A stretch of 64,000 nucleotides of DNA from a virus (lineage: Duplodnaviria > Caudoviricetes), in the IMG/VR virus record IMGVR_UViG_2630968332_000001, positions 65,219-129,218 of that record; one strand, written 5' to 3'. Of the stretch, positions 20,304-33,738 are shown one piece after another (position 1 is the stretch's first letter; each line of letters begins with the position of its first letter). Made by a program: the position numbers and the translations under genes. The notes under the pieces are model-generated. The model was not told the origin of the DNA and searched no databases. It was given only the letters and a program-made list of their open reading frames with translations.

Positions 20304-21323
20304 TTAAATATCATTTAAAACCTTTTGAGCATTTCTACTCTTATTCACATCTTTAATCAAGTTTGTATCGTCAAAGATGATTTCGCCATGTTCGTCATAA
20401 GTAAAGTTAGATAAACCAGCTGTTGCGATTAAACCAGATTTTTCCATTGTGTTGTAATCTAATTTACCTACTTCTGTGAATGAGAATGTAACATTAGATA
20501 ATTCATCAAAGCTATCTGATAATGGTTGTAAGTTAATATCATTTGTAGCAACTGCCATAATATCACCATCATCACGTCTAATAACCTTAATCTTACCATT
20601 GTTTAAGAACTCAATAATTTGATTTCTATTTCTCAATTCTTCTTTTGTATCTAGGCTATTTCTCAAACCTAATTCTTGTTGTTTTGTTAATGGGAGGAAT
20701 GTTGCTGTACCAGAACGGTAATTTTGAGCCCCTTGTGTTACGATAGGAAATTGTCCCGAAAGAGTTGTTTGAATGCTTGTGTTCTTATTATATCTTAAAT
20801 CGCCAAATCTAAAGTTCAAATTCATAGCATAATTGTGTTGCAAATCTGATATGAAGTTCCCTTTAAACACTGCTGCGATTGGTTCTGACATAACCTTATC
20901 CCCTTGAATATCCTTAGATAAAGGAACAATAGCATATTGATATGTCTTACCATTTTGAATAAACCTATCTGTGATTGTATAAGTATTGTAATCTTGGTCG
21001 TAATCCCATTGAGCAATAAGTGTCCAATCACTATCAACTGCTTTGTATTCACGTCTATAGCATTGGAGCTTAACTACTTTATGCCCGCCACCATCAATCG
21101 AACCAGCTTCCAAGCTACCATTAAACTTTGCGTCCATGATAGTTTTGAGTTGCCATCCAGTTGGCTTTTCATTTGTGGAATTAATGCTGGTATCAACGGA
21201 CACAAACACTTCGTCATACATTCCTTCTCCGAGCCATACTTCATCAAGTTCGTCTGTTGGGATTGCTGTGTCATATACTACTCCCTCCATTCCTCTACCA
21301 AAAAACGTATGTCCTACTATCAT
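20304..21323 (-). CDS. Distal-tail-like structural protein
   Basis: Position, fn3-like YQYAIVP segment, C-terminal FSFTEVG. Confidence 0.6.
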   Translation of the reverse strand: MIVGHTFFGRGMEGVVYDTAIPTDELDEVWLGEGMYDEVFVSVDTSINSTNEKPTGWQLKTIMDAKFNGSLEAGSIDGGGHKVVKLQCYRREYKAVDSDWTLIAQWDYDQDYNTYTITDRFIQNGKTYQYAIVPLSKDIQGDKVMSEPIAAVFKGNFISDLQHNYAMNLNFRFGDLRYNKNTSIQTTLSGQFPIVTQGAQNYRSGTATFLPLTKQQELGLRNSLDTKEELRNRNQIIEFLNNGKIKVIRRDDGDIMAVATNDINLQPLSDSFDELSNVTFSFTEVGKLDYNTMEKSGLIATAGLSNFTYDEHGEIIFDDTNLIKDVNKSRNAQKVLNDI

Positions 21324-21326
21324 TTT

Positions 21327-22478
21327 CTAACCTCCATAACCTATCTTTTCGATTATCATCTGCACCCTATATTCTGTTACTTTGATATAGAGATAGAATG
21401 GTTGTTGCCCTAGACCTTGAACAATGTTAGACCTAGCACGAGATTTAACTCTACCAAATGACTTTTCCATAGTAATATAATCATCATGCTTAACAAAATT
21501 GATTTGCACCCCAGTCCCAGTCGGGTTCTTTTTATCTGTCTTAGTAGAGAATTGAAGGAATAAGCCATTATCTACTCCAGCACACCATAATTTAGCTGTA
21601 AAATCACTTGCCTTAGCCATGCCCAAACGAGTAAACATTAATGGATTATCCTTTGGAATTATGACGTAATGAGCGTCTGTTTGACCGCTTGGACTCCAAT
21701 AATCATAGTGATAATCACTATCAGTAGCACGATTAGGAATGTAAGGTTTAGCTGGTGTACCTAAGATTTGTTTCAAGAACGCATGAATTTGTATTTGTCC
21801 TTCATCTTCATTCAATTCTGGTTGCACAACTGAATTAAGTGTAGGGATAACATATTGTGGAACAAATTCCTTGCCTTGACTTTCCCAGACCATACCATGC
21901 TTTGTAGTTACTCTAACTATTGCATAATACAATCTACCTTTTTGTAAGCCTTTAATGTGTTCTGAAAATCTGAATGGGTCATCTGCTGCTGGAATACGTA
22001 CTGGGTATTCTTGAATGTTGACATGGTTATAGTCTTGTAAAATAAATTGGTATGTTTCTACTTTTTCTGATTGTTCTTGTGCATATAATACACTTAACAT
22101 CATTTCATTTGTATAGACATACTTGCTATTACCAATTTGTTCAAAATAGAAGTTTGGTTTAGTCAAACACATAAATTCTATTTCAGCAGACCATTCAGTC
22201 CATGCCCCATTGTCTAATTGAACACGAACCTTAGCTAAATAACTCAGTCCATTCTTCAAAGCATTTCTAGGAACAATATGAACTTTGTCAAAACTTGTTC
22301 TAGTTTCTGTATAGACTGGCGATGAGTTAGGTTCATCTGGACGGATAGATACTTGATTAACTGTCGAACGTTCTGTCCCTAGATACATATAAGTTAATGT
22401 ATGTTCTTCGGTAGCATCAAAGTTCGACACCATATTTAAAATTGGTTGTGTCAAATTTAATATCATTCCTTTCTTCAA
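21327..22478 (-). CDS. Ig/fn3-like tail structural protein
   Basis: Follows the tape measure. YLAKVRV...WTEWS fn3 pattern. Confidence 0.6.
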   Translation of the reverse strand: MKKGMILNLTQPILNMVSNFDATEEHTLTYMYLGTERSTVNQVSIRPDEPNSSPVYTETRTSFDKVHIVPRNALKNGLSYLAKVRVQLDNGAWTEWSAEIEFMCLTKPNFYFEQIGNSKYVYTNEMMLSVLYAQEQSEKVETYQFILQDYNHVNIQEYPVRIPAADDPFRFSEHIKGLQKGRLYYAIVRVTTKHGMVWESQGKEFVPQYVIPTLNSVVQPELNEDEGQIQIHAFLKQILGTPAKPYIPNRATDSDYHYDYWSPSGQTDAHYVIIPKDNPLMFTRLGMAKASDFTAKLWCAGVDNGLFLQFSTKTDKKNPTGTGVQINFVKHDDYITMEKSFGRVKSRARSNIVQGLGQQPFYLYIKVTEYRVQMIIEKIGYGG

Positions 22479-22608
22479 AATTTTGATTTTTATAAAATCC
22501 GTATTTTATATTGCAAAAATATCAAATTACTTATTTGCAATTATCAAAATACTTATTATATGTACTCCCATATCCCCACCTTTTACAGTAGAGATATGAG
22601 CCAACTGA

Positions 22609-25600
22609 TTATAATGATTTAGATTGGACTTGTTGCTTAGCAATCTGTGGTAAGTTCTTAATAGCTTCTTCAAATCCCGTTGGGTCTGTTACATTAGGGA
22701 ACTCTAATGTTTGATGTTGAATAACCATAGACAATGTTTGTGTTGGTGCATTAGGTATTCTAGGTGAAAGGTTAGGGTCTAGTTTAAGAGCGTCCCTTAA
22801 TTGTTGACCGAACATTTCACTAATTTCCTTACCAACCACTTTGAATTGGTCTGTGAACCCTTGTAGGATTTCTTGGTAACCTGTTAAGCTACCAACAGCC
22901 TTAGAGTCACCATACTTGCCTAAAATGTCCTTATTTCTATTCACATAATCAGTATATTGTTGGATAATGTTTTCAAGCTGTCCAGCGTTGTATTCTGGAA
23001 TATCATCTAAAATACCAACACCATAAGCGTCTTGTAATTGTTGTAGTCGTGTCTTAACTTCATCAATGTTTAATTCGCCTGTCTTAGCACCGTCAATTAC
23101 TTTTTCAACAGCGTCAACAAATTGTGACTTCATCTGTTTTTTGTAATCTTCCATATCTACTTTAGCTTGTGTTAAGTTTTCTCGTGCAGTATCAACATCA
23201 TCTTGGTTAGCCATGTAAGTCCAATTAAACTTACCGTCTTCCCCTTGTGTTAATACCTTAGTATCACGTTTACCTAACGTATTATCCAAAGCCTGTTGTG
23301 CATTTAACACATCTATTTGTTTATCTACGTAATCAGCTTGTATCTTAGACATTCTTGATTGAGCGTCCAAAGCCTCAATACGTTTCTTCACAACTTCATT
23401 TTCTAGTTCAATAGACTTTTGTCTTAATTGTTCTAGTTTAAGTTGCTTAGATACACCATCAATCCAGATGTCATCTTCAAATTTAGTTCTATCAGCGGTA
23501 CGTCCACCATTGATAGATTTTTCAAATTCCTTAGATGTAGCCTCCATTGTGTTTTCAAATTGTGAACGTGAAGCCTCTAGTAAATCAGCGATAGATTGAT
23601 TTACTCTTGAGTCCATTTCATCAATTTGTTTTTGCAATGTATTCCATTCAAATGAGTTTACACCATATCCAGATTGTTGTTCTCTTAGCTTGTTAGCTAA
23701 TGCAATATAGGTGTTGTATTGCTTTTCAATAGACTTGTATTGTTGCTCTAACAACTTAGCTTGTGTTGCTGGTTGCATTTGTAAGGTCTTAGCCAATGTT
23801 ACTAAGTTACTTACTGTATCTGTAACCTTTTGATATTTATCTAATTGGTCTTGAATAAGTGTATTTTCATACTCAAATCTTTCCTTGATAATATCTTTAA
23901 TATTGTTTTGAGCGTCAATATTATCTTTTTCATATTGTGCAATACTTTCTTTTAATGTTTGACGTTGTTCTGTTGTTAAATCTTCTGTCTTGAGTTTCTT
24001 TTGCATATCATCAATAGCTTGTAAATTACTATTAATAATTTGTTGATATAACTCACGTTGCATATCCATTTGTTGAACAGCAAACTTCTGATTAATTCTT
24101 GAACGTTGCTCATCATTTGCAGCAGCTTTAAGTTGTTTATTGTACTCTTCACGCAACTTCACTAACTCATCTTGGTATTTAACCATTGCTTTGGTATATT
24201 CAACACTACGTTGACCTCCACCAATAGTAATATCATTTAAGTTAGCTTGACCCGTTGGTGTTGCGTAAGTAGCAAACTTAGTATTGATTTCACCCACATA
24301 CCCTTTAGCATAATCTTTTGCAAGGTTAAGCATTTGAGCATATTTGTTTTGTTCAACTCTTAATTGAGCCGCAGCAACATTATTTTGTCTATCAACATTC
24401 TTTTTAGCAAAAGCGTCCATAGCACTATCTAATTGCTTTTCCAAATCAATACGTTGTTGCATTTGTCTTGATAAAGCAGATTGTTGCTCAAAATCAGTAA
24501 CAGCTAGATTAGAACTCAATAAGTCATCAAACGTTGTACCACTTAACAATCCATCTTGTAATTGTTGTACATTAGACTTCAAACGGTCAATATTGTTATT
24601 AATCGTATCAGTGAATGATGTTAGGTTTTCTGTGTATTGGTCGATTTCTGCTTGTTTCATATTGTTTTGTAATTCCAATACGCTATCAGCAGTATCTAAA
24701 ATGGTTTGTCTTAAATCGTTTAAGCTATCTTCAATCTTTTCTGCCTGTTCCTTCTTTGAGAATGTCATAGCAGATAGTTCGTTGAATTGACCTATCAATT
24801 TTTCTAAACCAGCTGATTGTTCATTGATTTCCTTTGCACTGAAACCTAACTTCATAGCGTAATCTTTTTCACTCAAGGAGTCGATTACCCTATCTGCCAA
24901 ATTCTTGGAGTATTCAACTGAACGTTGTACCATTTCCAATTCACGTTGAGCCTTTTCAATAGCTTGTGACTCAATTTCTTCTTGGTAATCTTGGATATTC
25001 TTGTTTTGTTGCCAAATATCTGTATTCAATTCATCTATCTTCTTAGTTACATCAGATAAGTTTTGATATACATTTTGGTAGGTACTCAATAACTCATCAA
25101 CCTTGCTTGCCTTATCGCCCTTAAAGTTCTTGGCGATGTCCAAGTTAGTAATTTGATTACCATTCGTACGGAAACCATATCCACGTAATTTACCCATAAC
25201 ATCATTTAATTGGTTTTGATATGCACCACGCATTTCGTTTTGATATGCTAATTGTTTTCTATCTACATCAATCTTTTGACGTGCGATATTAATCAATTTA
25301 TTCATATCTTCGTCAGCTTGCGTTACAGCATTTTCCAATTTAGACGCTTGTTCATCTAATGGTAAACCTTTGTAGAGTTCCTTACCCATGTATCTCCAGT
25401 AATCTTCATTTACCTTTGTATCATCGGAAGCGTCAGAATAATCTCTAATTCCCATATTAGCAGCAGTACCATTCATAGCACTTACCACATCTGGATTATC
25501 GGTTGCCACAGACATAGAACGGAATGGATTTGGATTTACAGCGTAGCTTGCGTCAACATTACCCAATATACCAAGCGAGCTACTAATACCAACAGAAGGG

Positions 25601-28600
25601 TTTTTCTTTGTTACAGTCACTGTTTCAGATTTTGTAACACTAATTGACACACTCTTTTCTGATGGAATACTATTAACAGCATTAGCTACGTTTGTCGCTG
25701 CAGCTGCGGCTGCCTCTGCACCAGTAACACTAATAACCGTATCGTGTTTTGGTGGAATTGAGTCAATCGCACTCTTAACAGTATCAATAACAGAACTTGC
25801 TTGGTCGTCAGCGGTGATGGTTACTTCTGCCTTAAGTCCTTGTACCGAACTTTGAATACTAGATATTGTTGAGGCTGTATCATCTTTGGCTGTAATACTA
25901 ATTTGAGCCTTAACACCAGTGATTTTACTCTTGATACCTGAAATTGTATCACCAGTCTTATCTTCTGCAGTAATAGGTATCTTAGCCTTGATATTTTGAA
26001 CCTTAGATTTAATCTTGCTTATACCATCACCAGTTTTGTCTTCGGCAGTAACAGGTATCTTTATCTTTTGCCCCTTACCTTTGGACTTAATCTTATCCAT
26101 CGTACCTTTAGTTTTATCTTCACCTTTGATAGGGACTTTGATATTTGCTTTTTTGCCTTTAGATTTAATTTTGCTAAGCGTATCCTTAGTTTTATCCTCG
26201 CCTTTAATAGGTACTTTAATATTAGACTTTTTACCCTTAGACTTAATTTTATTAAGTGTATCTTTAGTCTTATCTTCGCCCTTGATAGGTACTTTAATAG
26301 CCTTTTGTTTACTGTTAGATTTGGCTTTACTTGATGAAGACTTGGAACTAGACTTACTACTCTTTTTCTTGGCCGCCTGTGCCTCAATCTTAGCTTCTTC
26401 ATTTAACTTCTTAGCTAAATTACGCTTTTCTTTAGCAGATAACTTACCGTCATTATTCTTATCGGCTGCGTTGTACTTCTTGGCAAGTCTTTCCATTTCT
26501 TTTTGTCTAGCTTGAAGATTACGTTTTTCCTTAGCTGTTAGCTTGCCACCCTTTGAGTCGCTGAGCTTGTGCATTTTGCCATTTTCGTCTAAATAATCTT
26601 TCTTATTAGACTTCTTGGATTTACTAGACTTATTAGACTTTGTATCTTCCTTGTCTTCTTTTTTCTTGTTCTTTTTATTTTCGGATTGTTTACCTTTATT
26701 TTCAGCAGCAGCTTTTCTCTTACCTAGTTCTTCATATTTCTTTTGTTCAGACTTGCTTAGCTTACCGTCACCGTTCTTATCAGCTTTATTGAAATTCTTA
26801 ACAGCTTTTTGATAATTGTCGTAGGCTGTTTTATCATCTTTCTTTAATTGTGCCAACTGTTTCTTTGTTAAAGCTGAATATTGCCCATTCTTCATGGCTT
26901 TGAGTGCCTTATTAGCGGCTTGCATACTCTTCGTATTCTTTAATTCATCAGCTTCTACTGTTGGAATTATGCCAGGTGCTGTAATTTTGTCGTTTTTCTT
27001 ATCGTTCTTACTACCCTTGCCGCCTTTATTACCTTTTCCACCTTTGCCACGCTTACTATTACTACTTGAGCTAGAACTAGAACTATCATCATCAACAGCA
27101 CCTTTTTTAGTGCTACCGTCTTTCTTGATGTTCTTATCTACCCATTTATTAGCAGACTTGCTATCAAACCCCATTCTCTTTAAATAGTCTTTTAACATTG
27201 ATTTGCTACCCATAGCTTCTGCTAAATCGGACATTGCCTTCTTATCAGCTTTTGAACTAAAACCATTATTTAATTGTTTTCTGGCTTTTTCATAGATTTT
27301 ACCTTGCTTGTCTAATGCAGCTATATCACCTTGATATACCCCATTTTCTTTCATTTCTGCTTTAGCAAGGTCATAGTTCCCTTTATTATTCTTCATATAA
27401 TCATTGAAGACTTTTTTAGCGTCTTTGGACTTACTATTAAATTTGCCACCATCTAAATTAGATTGGTAACGTCCTGTTTGATGATAGTCAGCTTTTCCAC
27501 TAACTAAGTCTTGCAATAGTCCTAATGGATTGCTTGAGCCTTGCACACCTTGTAAGTTAGTCAATAACTTAGATAAATCTACTTGTCCGTCTTTGTCAGC
27601 AATATGGAGATTTTTAAGGTTCTTACTACCCAAAGCGTTGATTTGAGAAATCTTAGATGTATCTACTATTCCATCACCATCAACTAAAGCCCTAGAAGCA
27701 GCTGTCGTACGACCATTCTTTGAATTGAACTTATCTATGTTGCCTTGCATACTTTGCATGACTTTATTCCATGATTTGCCATACTGTGCCTCAAACATGG
27801 CAGATAAGCCCAACATTGATTTACCAAATTCACCTTCACGACCCATTAAAGAGATATACTTCTTATTATCTCCGCTTTCGTAAGCGTCCTCAATTTCTTT
27901 CTTACGCTTCTTACCAATGCCACGTGTTGTTAGTAAATCATCAAGATTTTGTTTTGCTCTAGTATAATCATCAGAATTTTTATTTCTAGCTTGATTAAAC
28001 TTATCTCTTTCGTCTTGAGTCCATTTGCTAGTGTCTTTTCTAACAGATATACCCATATCGTTAAGTCTTCTAGCTTCACCTTTGGTTAATTTCTCACCGT
28101 TTTGTTGTTTCTTATTTATCTCATCTAGGAAACTAGCTTCTTGTTTTCTGTTACGTAAGATTTGACCTGTTGCTATTGTAGCTTGTTGTAGTGTATTTTT
28201 ATCCCAACCCTTGTAGTCATCTTTACTAAAGTTGCCAGAGTCAATACTCTTACCCATTCCACGAATATTGGAACGAATATTTTTTTGAATCGCAGCATTT
28301 TCCGCCTCAATCTTGCGTCCATCTTTCGACATCCATGCTGCATTTTCAGCATTACGCATATCTTCGTCATACTCTTTTTGAGTTATGTTTTTATTGGCGA
28401 GATTATACCTATCTGTATCCCTTGTTTTTACATACTTGTCATTTCCCTCGTATAGTTGCTTGGTTTTATTCTTACTTGATACATCATTTAATTTGCTAGA
28501 TTCTTTTTTATTGTCTTTAGCCCCTTTAACAATCTTATTGTTGTTAATTTCCTTTATATCAGCCAAGACGTCTTTCAGTTGGTCTTTTATAACATCAAGG

Positions 28601-31600
28601 TTGTTGGACTCAACATCAATATGAAGATGATATTTTTTATTAACATCTTTTATGAAGTCTTTATATTTCTGGTAGTTCTCGTCATTTAATTTGTTATTTG
28701 CTACTTCATCATAACTAGCATTATTAACAGCGTCTGAAAGACTTTCGCCAGACTTCTTAACACTAATTGCAGCACCGTTAAATACAGGATTGTTATTTAT
28801 TCCACTTTGTATTTTATCTACTTGTTTCGCTGTTGTATCTAACGCTTTGTTTAAATCATCAGACGCAGCTTTAGTTGGATTAATAGCTCTTCTAATGCTT
28901 TCAAATGGCTTAGCACCTGTCAATTCCAGTAAGGTCATTCCGATAGCTATACCATCTAAAATTACACCTATAGGCCCAAGTACACCACTTACCAAACTTG
29001 CAGCCGCAGCCATTTTACCCATTCCACTGGCTACTTTACCACCAACTCTTGATAAGCCACCTATTCTACCTTCGGCACGATATGATACATTGCCAAGATT
29101 ATCTACTTCTTTTGCTACATTCCCTATACTTCTGGACTCAGTAGCTAAGTCACCTTTAACTTTTCTCTTACCTATTTTTGACTTGTTTCTATTTAATGAG
29201 TATCTTTCTCTACGACTTGCTGCTATATCTGCACTTTCTTCTGCTACATCTGCGGCATTAGCAACAGCATTTGCCATTTTATTTCTTTCTGCTACATGTC
29301 TTGTTTCTCTATCTGGTTTCTTGCCGATACCCAACTGTCTTTTTCTTTCGTTCATATCGGCAGTCCAGTTCTTCCACGTTTCACCACTTAAGAGCGATGT
29401 TAAATTATCCCACTTAGCAGCAGTAACTTCTCTAGCAGCACTAGCCAACCCACTTAGAGCCTTATGGAATGCCCCAATGGCGACAATAGCACCAGTAAAC
29501 ATTGCAGTGCCTCTAAATATCTTATTATTAGCTAAACTATCTAGCACATTAACTACTGATGTGCCAGTATCAACAATCTTATTTAAACCTTCACGTCCAC
29601 CAACAACGTCATTTAACATTTGTGTCCATGAGTTCTTTAATGTAGCCAGATGGAATTGGACTGATTGTTGTTGTTTCTCAAATTCTTGGAAAGCAGAACC
29701 GTGGTCTTTATCAACTAAACTTACCTGACCTTGTGACTCACGCATAGCCTTTTGAACTGTTTTCCAATTATCTAGCATACCTGTAAATTGGTTGGAATGT
29801 TCCTTACCAGCAGCATATAAAGCAGCGTCAGATTTTTGTTGTTTACTTAACTTGCCCCATACCTTAGATAAATCATTCATAATTTGATATGTGGATTTCA
29901 TCTTTCCATCAGATGTCTTTAAATCAACACCTAATCCATGAAAGAACTCGGAACGTTTCTTATCTGTTGCTGTAACACCAGAACTCATCTTAGAGAAGTT
30001 AAGTGAGATTGCCTTGATAGAACGTCCAACAACATCACCACCAGCACGAGTAGCTTCTTGAGCACCAGTAATCATACCAGTTAACTGACTAAATGTAGTA
30101 CCCGTACTTGCTACAACAGAACTGGCTTTAGAATATGCTTGACCCAAATCTTCCATTTCAATAGCGTTCTTGTTAGAAACTTGGTTCATACTATTGATAA
30201 TATCTTTAGATTTAAGCCCTTCTTTTCTAAATGAGTTCAATGGAACAGCCATGTACTTAACCATATCATTAACATCTACGTTACCAACGAAAGAACCCAT
30301 AACAGAGTCTTTAGCCAAGCCAATAGATTGTTTTAATGATTTACCAGTTGTAATCCATTGTTCAACAGCGTCAGCATACTCTGGAGCTGTCTTACCTACT
30401 GCACTAGCATTCTTATAGATTGATTTAGTAAATGCGTCTATATCTTTTTGTGGTGCATTAGCAACTTTAGTAACACGAGTAATAGCAGCGTCAACTTCGC
30501 TTAATGCAGAAACAGCACTAGCAACAGCATAAGCACCTTGTTGTGCCATGTTGTAAACGTCCATTGTTGCATTAAACCCAATACGAGTTTTACGTTGTTT
30601 CCTTGCTTGAACTCTGGTTGTACCCAATTCTTCTGACAAAGCATTAACTCTACGGTCATGAGCCGCACTTTGATACCCATTATCACGTATTTGCTTGCGA
30701 ATAGAGGCTTCCTTTTCACGTTCTTCTGCTAATTGTCTACGTGTATTACGCTTAGCAGCAGTATCAGTAGCTCTAGCCAATTCTTTTTCAAGTGAGATTT
30801 GACGTTTAATACTACCTTCTAATGATTGATATGCCGCCTCCCTAGCACGTATCTGGGCAGTAATAGTACCTTCTGCCCTAGCAGATTGGATTTCAGAACT
30901 GTTGCCATTTTGTCTACGCTTTGTTTCTTTTACTAAATCTGGGTTGTATTTATCAACCTTTTTAGCTAATTCATTAAATTCATCTTGCTTATGTCTGATT
31001 TCACGTTCTAGTTCAGCTTTTCTATCTTCTTCACGAACTGTTTGTTGACCTTCTTTTTCAAGTTGGTCTAACTTCTTACGTTCTTGTTTAAGTTTAACTA
31101 AACGTTCACCAGATTTAACCAGTTCTTTTTCAGCCCTAGATTGTTCTTTAATTAACTGTGTTTGAGCTTCTAATTGAGCTTTTTGTATAGCATTATTTTC
31201 TGTAACAAGTTTTTGAGCTGCACCTATTTTTGAATATTCTTCGGTTTGAGCTCTCATAGTAGCATACTTTTCTTTCAATGCAGCTAAAGCCTTAGTTTCC
31301 TTCTTCCGTTGGCTTTTCTGAATTTTTAAAAGTGCTACGTAATGCTTGTTCATCAAGTTTTTGCTTTTCAGATATGATTTTCTCTATCGCATTGCTATAT
31401 TCTTGAGCTTGCTTTTGAAAATCGCCTAATTTAAGAGCGTCCTTATCACTTAATGAACGACCTGTTGACTCTAATGCTTTCTTTTTAGCTTCTAAGGCTG
31501 TGATTTCCTTATTAGCTTTACGAGCGGCAGTAACTAATGTTGATAAGTCATCACCAGTTTTACTAATACCACTCATACCAGACAACTTCATCTTAGTTGC

Positions 31601-31933
31601 ACTGGCACTAGCTTTTTGTATCTTCTCTAATTGTCTTGACACAACAGCTAAATCACTAAGTACATCTTTATCAACATCAAAATTAATCTTGATAGGGTCT
31701 TTAGCAGCGTTTCTAAATTCCCTCATATCATTCTTGATGTTGTTTAGTTGGTTAGATATACCCTTTGTGTTTATCTTTGGGGTAATCTTAAAATTACCAT
31801 TCAAAGCAGACCTTAACTTACTTTTAAAGTGATTTACATCTGGGTCTACTCTTACTGTGCCTAGATTTAAATTCTTTAAGCTCGTTTCGTCAAAGTCTAA
31901 CTTGACTTTTATGTTTAAGTTTTGACTAGCCAA
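22609..31933 (-). CDS. Tail tape measure protein (about 3100 aa), split by a frameshift near 31310
   Basis: TP901-like core (VDAAITRVTKV...YAAGKEHSNQF) with long coiled coils. The N-terminal 213-aa ORF overlaps the 2915-aa ORF. Confidence 0.9.
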
Positions 31934-31962
31934 TCATTTCAATACCACCTTATTATTTTATT

Positions 31963-31976
31963 TGTAAACGCTTACA
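31963..31976. promoter_or_regulatory. cre-like (CcpA/LacI-type) operator
   Basis: TGTAAACGCTTACA matches TGWNANCGNTNWCA exactly. Confidence 0.6.
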
Positions 31977-31990
31977 TATTGGTGCTATGT

Positions 31991-32012
31991 AAAAGCCCAT
32001 TTTATTGGGCTT
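31991..32012 (-). terminator. Terminator after the zinc-ribbon membrane protein
   Basis: AAGCCCA-ATAAAA-TGGGCTTTT on the minus strand. Confidence 0.6.
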
Positions 32013-32025
32013 GGTTAATTATATG

Positions 32026-32646
32026 TTATTTAACTAAAGTTCCTATTTCTTTTTCTTTTAAAGACCCAGAACCGTAAGTATATATGTAACCAGTTTTTGT
32101 CAATTTAAAACTATTTTTATCTACATCTTGAGAAAAGGTTTTGTTTTTCTTTAAATCCTTGCTAAATCTTACAACCATAGCACTCGTATTTCCATCATCG
32201 TAATTAAAATCTTTTAACCCATGTTGGTCTTTGTAATGACTCTTATTAAATAAATCGTTACTGTTAACAAATTTCTCTGCGGATTGTTTCCCCGAATAAA
32301 CTCTAATATAATATAGGGTGTCACCTTTTTCTCTAAAAACTGTATAGTAGGTATAATCGGCTTCGCCTTTAACTTTGTACACATGCCCCGATGTCACTCC
32401 AGCAAAAGTAAAGTGTTTTTCATACCACTTATATCCACCGAAACCTAGTAGCAATACTGCAACAGCAATAATTCCGTATAACCATTTTTTGTTTTTCAAA
32501 AGAGATGTTTTGTTTTGTACATTATCATGAAATGACTTTGGTTTTTTTATCATTTTCTTATCTTTAATCACTTTCATCTCATTACCACATTTATAACAGA
32601 AAGTTGCGTCCTCTGGATTCTTTGCTCCACATTTAGTACAAAACAT
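32026..32646 (-). CDS. Zinc-ribbon membrane protein (moron, possible superinfection exclusion)
   Basis: MFCTKCG...FCYKCG, one transmembrane helix, AAGGAG RBS. Confidence 0.75.
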   Translation of the reverse strand: MFCTKCGAKNPEDATFCYKCGNEMKVIKDKKMIKKPKSFHDNVQNKTSLLKNKKWLYGIIAVAVLLLGFGGYKWYEKHFTFAGVTSGHVYKVKGEADYTYYTVFREKGDTLYYIRVYSGKQSAEKFVNSNDLFNKSHYKDQHGLKDFNYDDGNTSAMVVRFSKDLKKNKTFSQDVDKNSFKLTKTGYIYTYGSGSLKEKEIGTLVK

Positions 32647-32700
32647 ACCTATCTCTCCTTGTATATGTATTATATACACCGTTTGTTCGGTGCATACTTA

Positions 32701-33738
32701 TTATTCATTGGCTAGTTCTTCTTCTATACTATCTAAGGTAGCTGTTTCATCTTCCTTTTCTGTATAGAACCTAACAGTAGTATCAATACTTTCATGATGT
32801 GCTAAACTAGCAGCCTTTTTAATATTCTTCTTGCCTATGATATTTAATCTACTCTTACGTATACTATGTGGTCTGAAATCACCTATACCAATGATTTCCC
32901 CAATCTTACGAATACGCAATGTAAGTGATTGTTTGCTCATTCTAGTCCATTCACCATTCTTACGGGCAAAGAATAAAGCGTCACAATCAATACCATTTTC
33001 TTCTCGCCATTGCAAATATTCACGTAATCTTTCTTGCGTAGCTTTCAAGAATGGAACATTCACAATCTTACTACGCTTTTCACGAATATTGGTAAATTGA
33101 CGTTTGTCTAAATCAAGATTAGATAAGGATAATTGATGAATTGCCCCGATACGAGCTGCACTATCATATGCAATTCGCCATAAGATTTCATCTTGCCAAT
33201 CATAACGGTTAAGACTATCTTTTGGTTTAGACAATTCTTCTGTTATCTTATCTATTTGTTCTTGTGTTAAGAAGTGTACTGCTATCTTCTTTTCTTCTTG
33301 AGCATTTTGTATACGTTCTAATCTACCAGCAAAAGGATGTGCCTTGATTAATCTACGTTTAGTAGCCCAATGATAGAAACTAGAAACAGCACTTAATTTA
33401 GTATTGATTACTTTTTTACCGTTCCCACATTCATCTTGTAGGAATAACATGAAAGACTCCATAATGTCTAACATGTCTTCTTCTAGTACCTCCTCGTCTA
33501 ATAGATAAAAGTTATCCCAACGTTCCATGATATAACACATAAAGATGTTCATATATGATTGATACACCTTATATGTTGTATCTTTTACATCAGTATTCTT
33601 TACCTTTCGGCTACGGAGATACTTATTATAAATTTTAATATTATCTGGATTTACCTTATCCATACGAGCCTTTGTAGCATATCTTTTAATGATACGTTGC
33701 TCGTTGCTTTGGTATTTTAATCCTTCTTTATGTTTTAT
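32701..33738 (-). CDS. Tyrosine recombinase (XerC/D fold, SPbeta YomM position), probable ATA start
   Basis: SAAR, PHSIRKS and HHESIDTTVRFY motifs. The frame is open to ATA 33738 after an AAGGGAG RBS. Confidence 0.88.
   Translation of the reverse strand: MKHKEGLKYQSNEQRIIKRYATKARMDKVNPDNIKIYNKYLRSRKVKNTDVKDTTYKVYQSYMNIFMCYIMERWDNFYLLDEEVLEEDMLDIMESFMLFLQDECGNGKKVINTKLSAVSSFYHWATKRRLIKAHPFAGRLERIQNAQEEKKIAVHFLTQEQIDKITEELSKPKDSLNRYDWQDEILWRIAYDSAARIGAIHQLSLSNLDLDKRQFTNIREKRSKIVNVPFLKATQERLREYLQWREENGIDCDALFFARKNGEWTRMSKQSLTLRIRKIGEIIGIGDFRPHSIRKSRLNIIGKKNIKKAASLAHHESIDTTVRFYTEKEDETATLDSIEEELANE

Noticed and set aside
22510-22558. Imperfect tandem TTGCAA...TATCAAA.TACTTATT repeat after the tape measure
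   Set aside because: Two degenerate copies in very AT-rich DNA, too weak to assign a function.
28790-29728. 312-aa plus-strand ORF and the other short antisense ORFs in the track
   Set aside because: Shadow frames of minus-strand genes, with no RBS or recognisable motifs.
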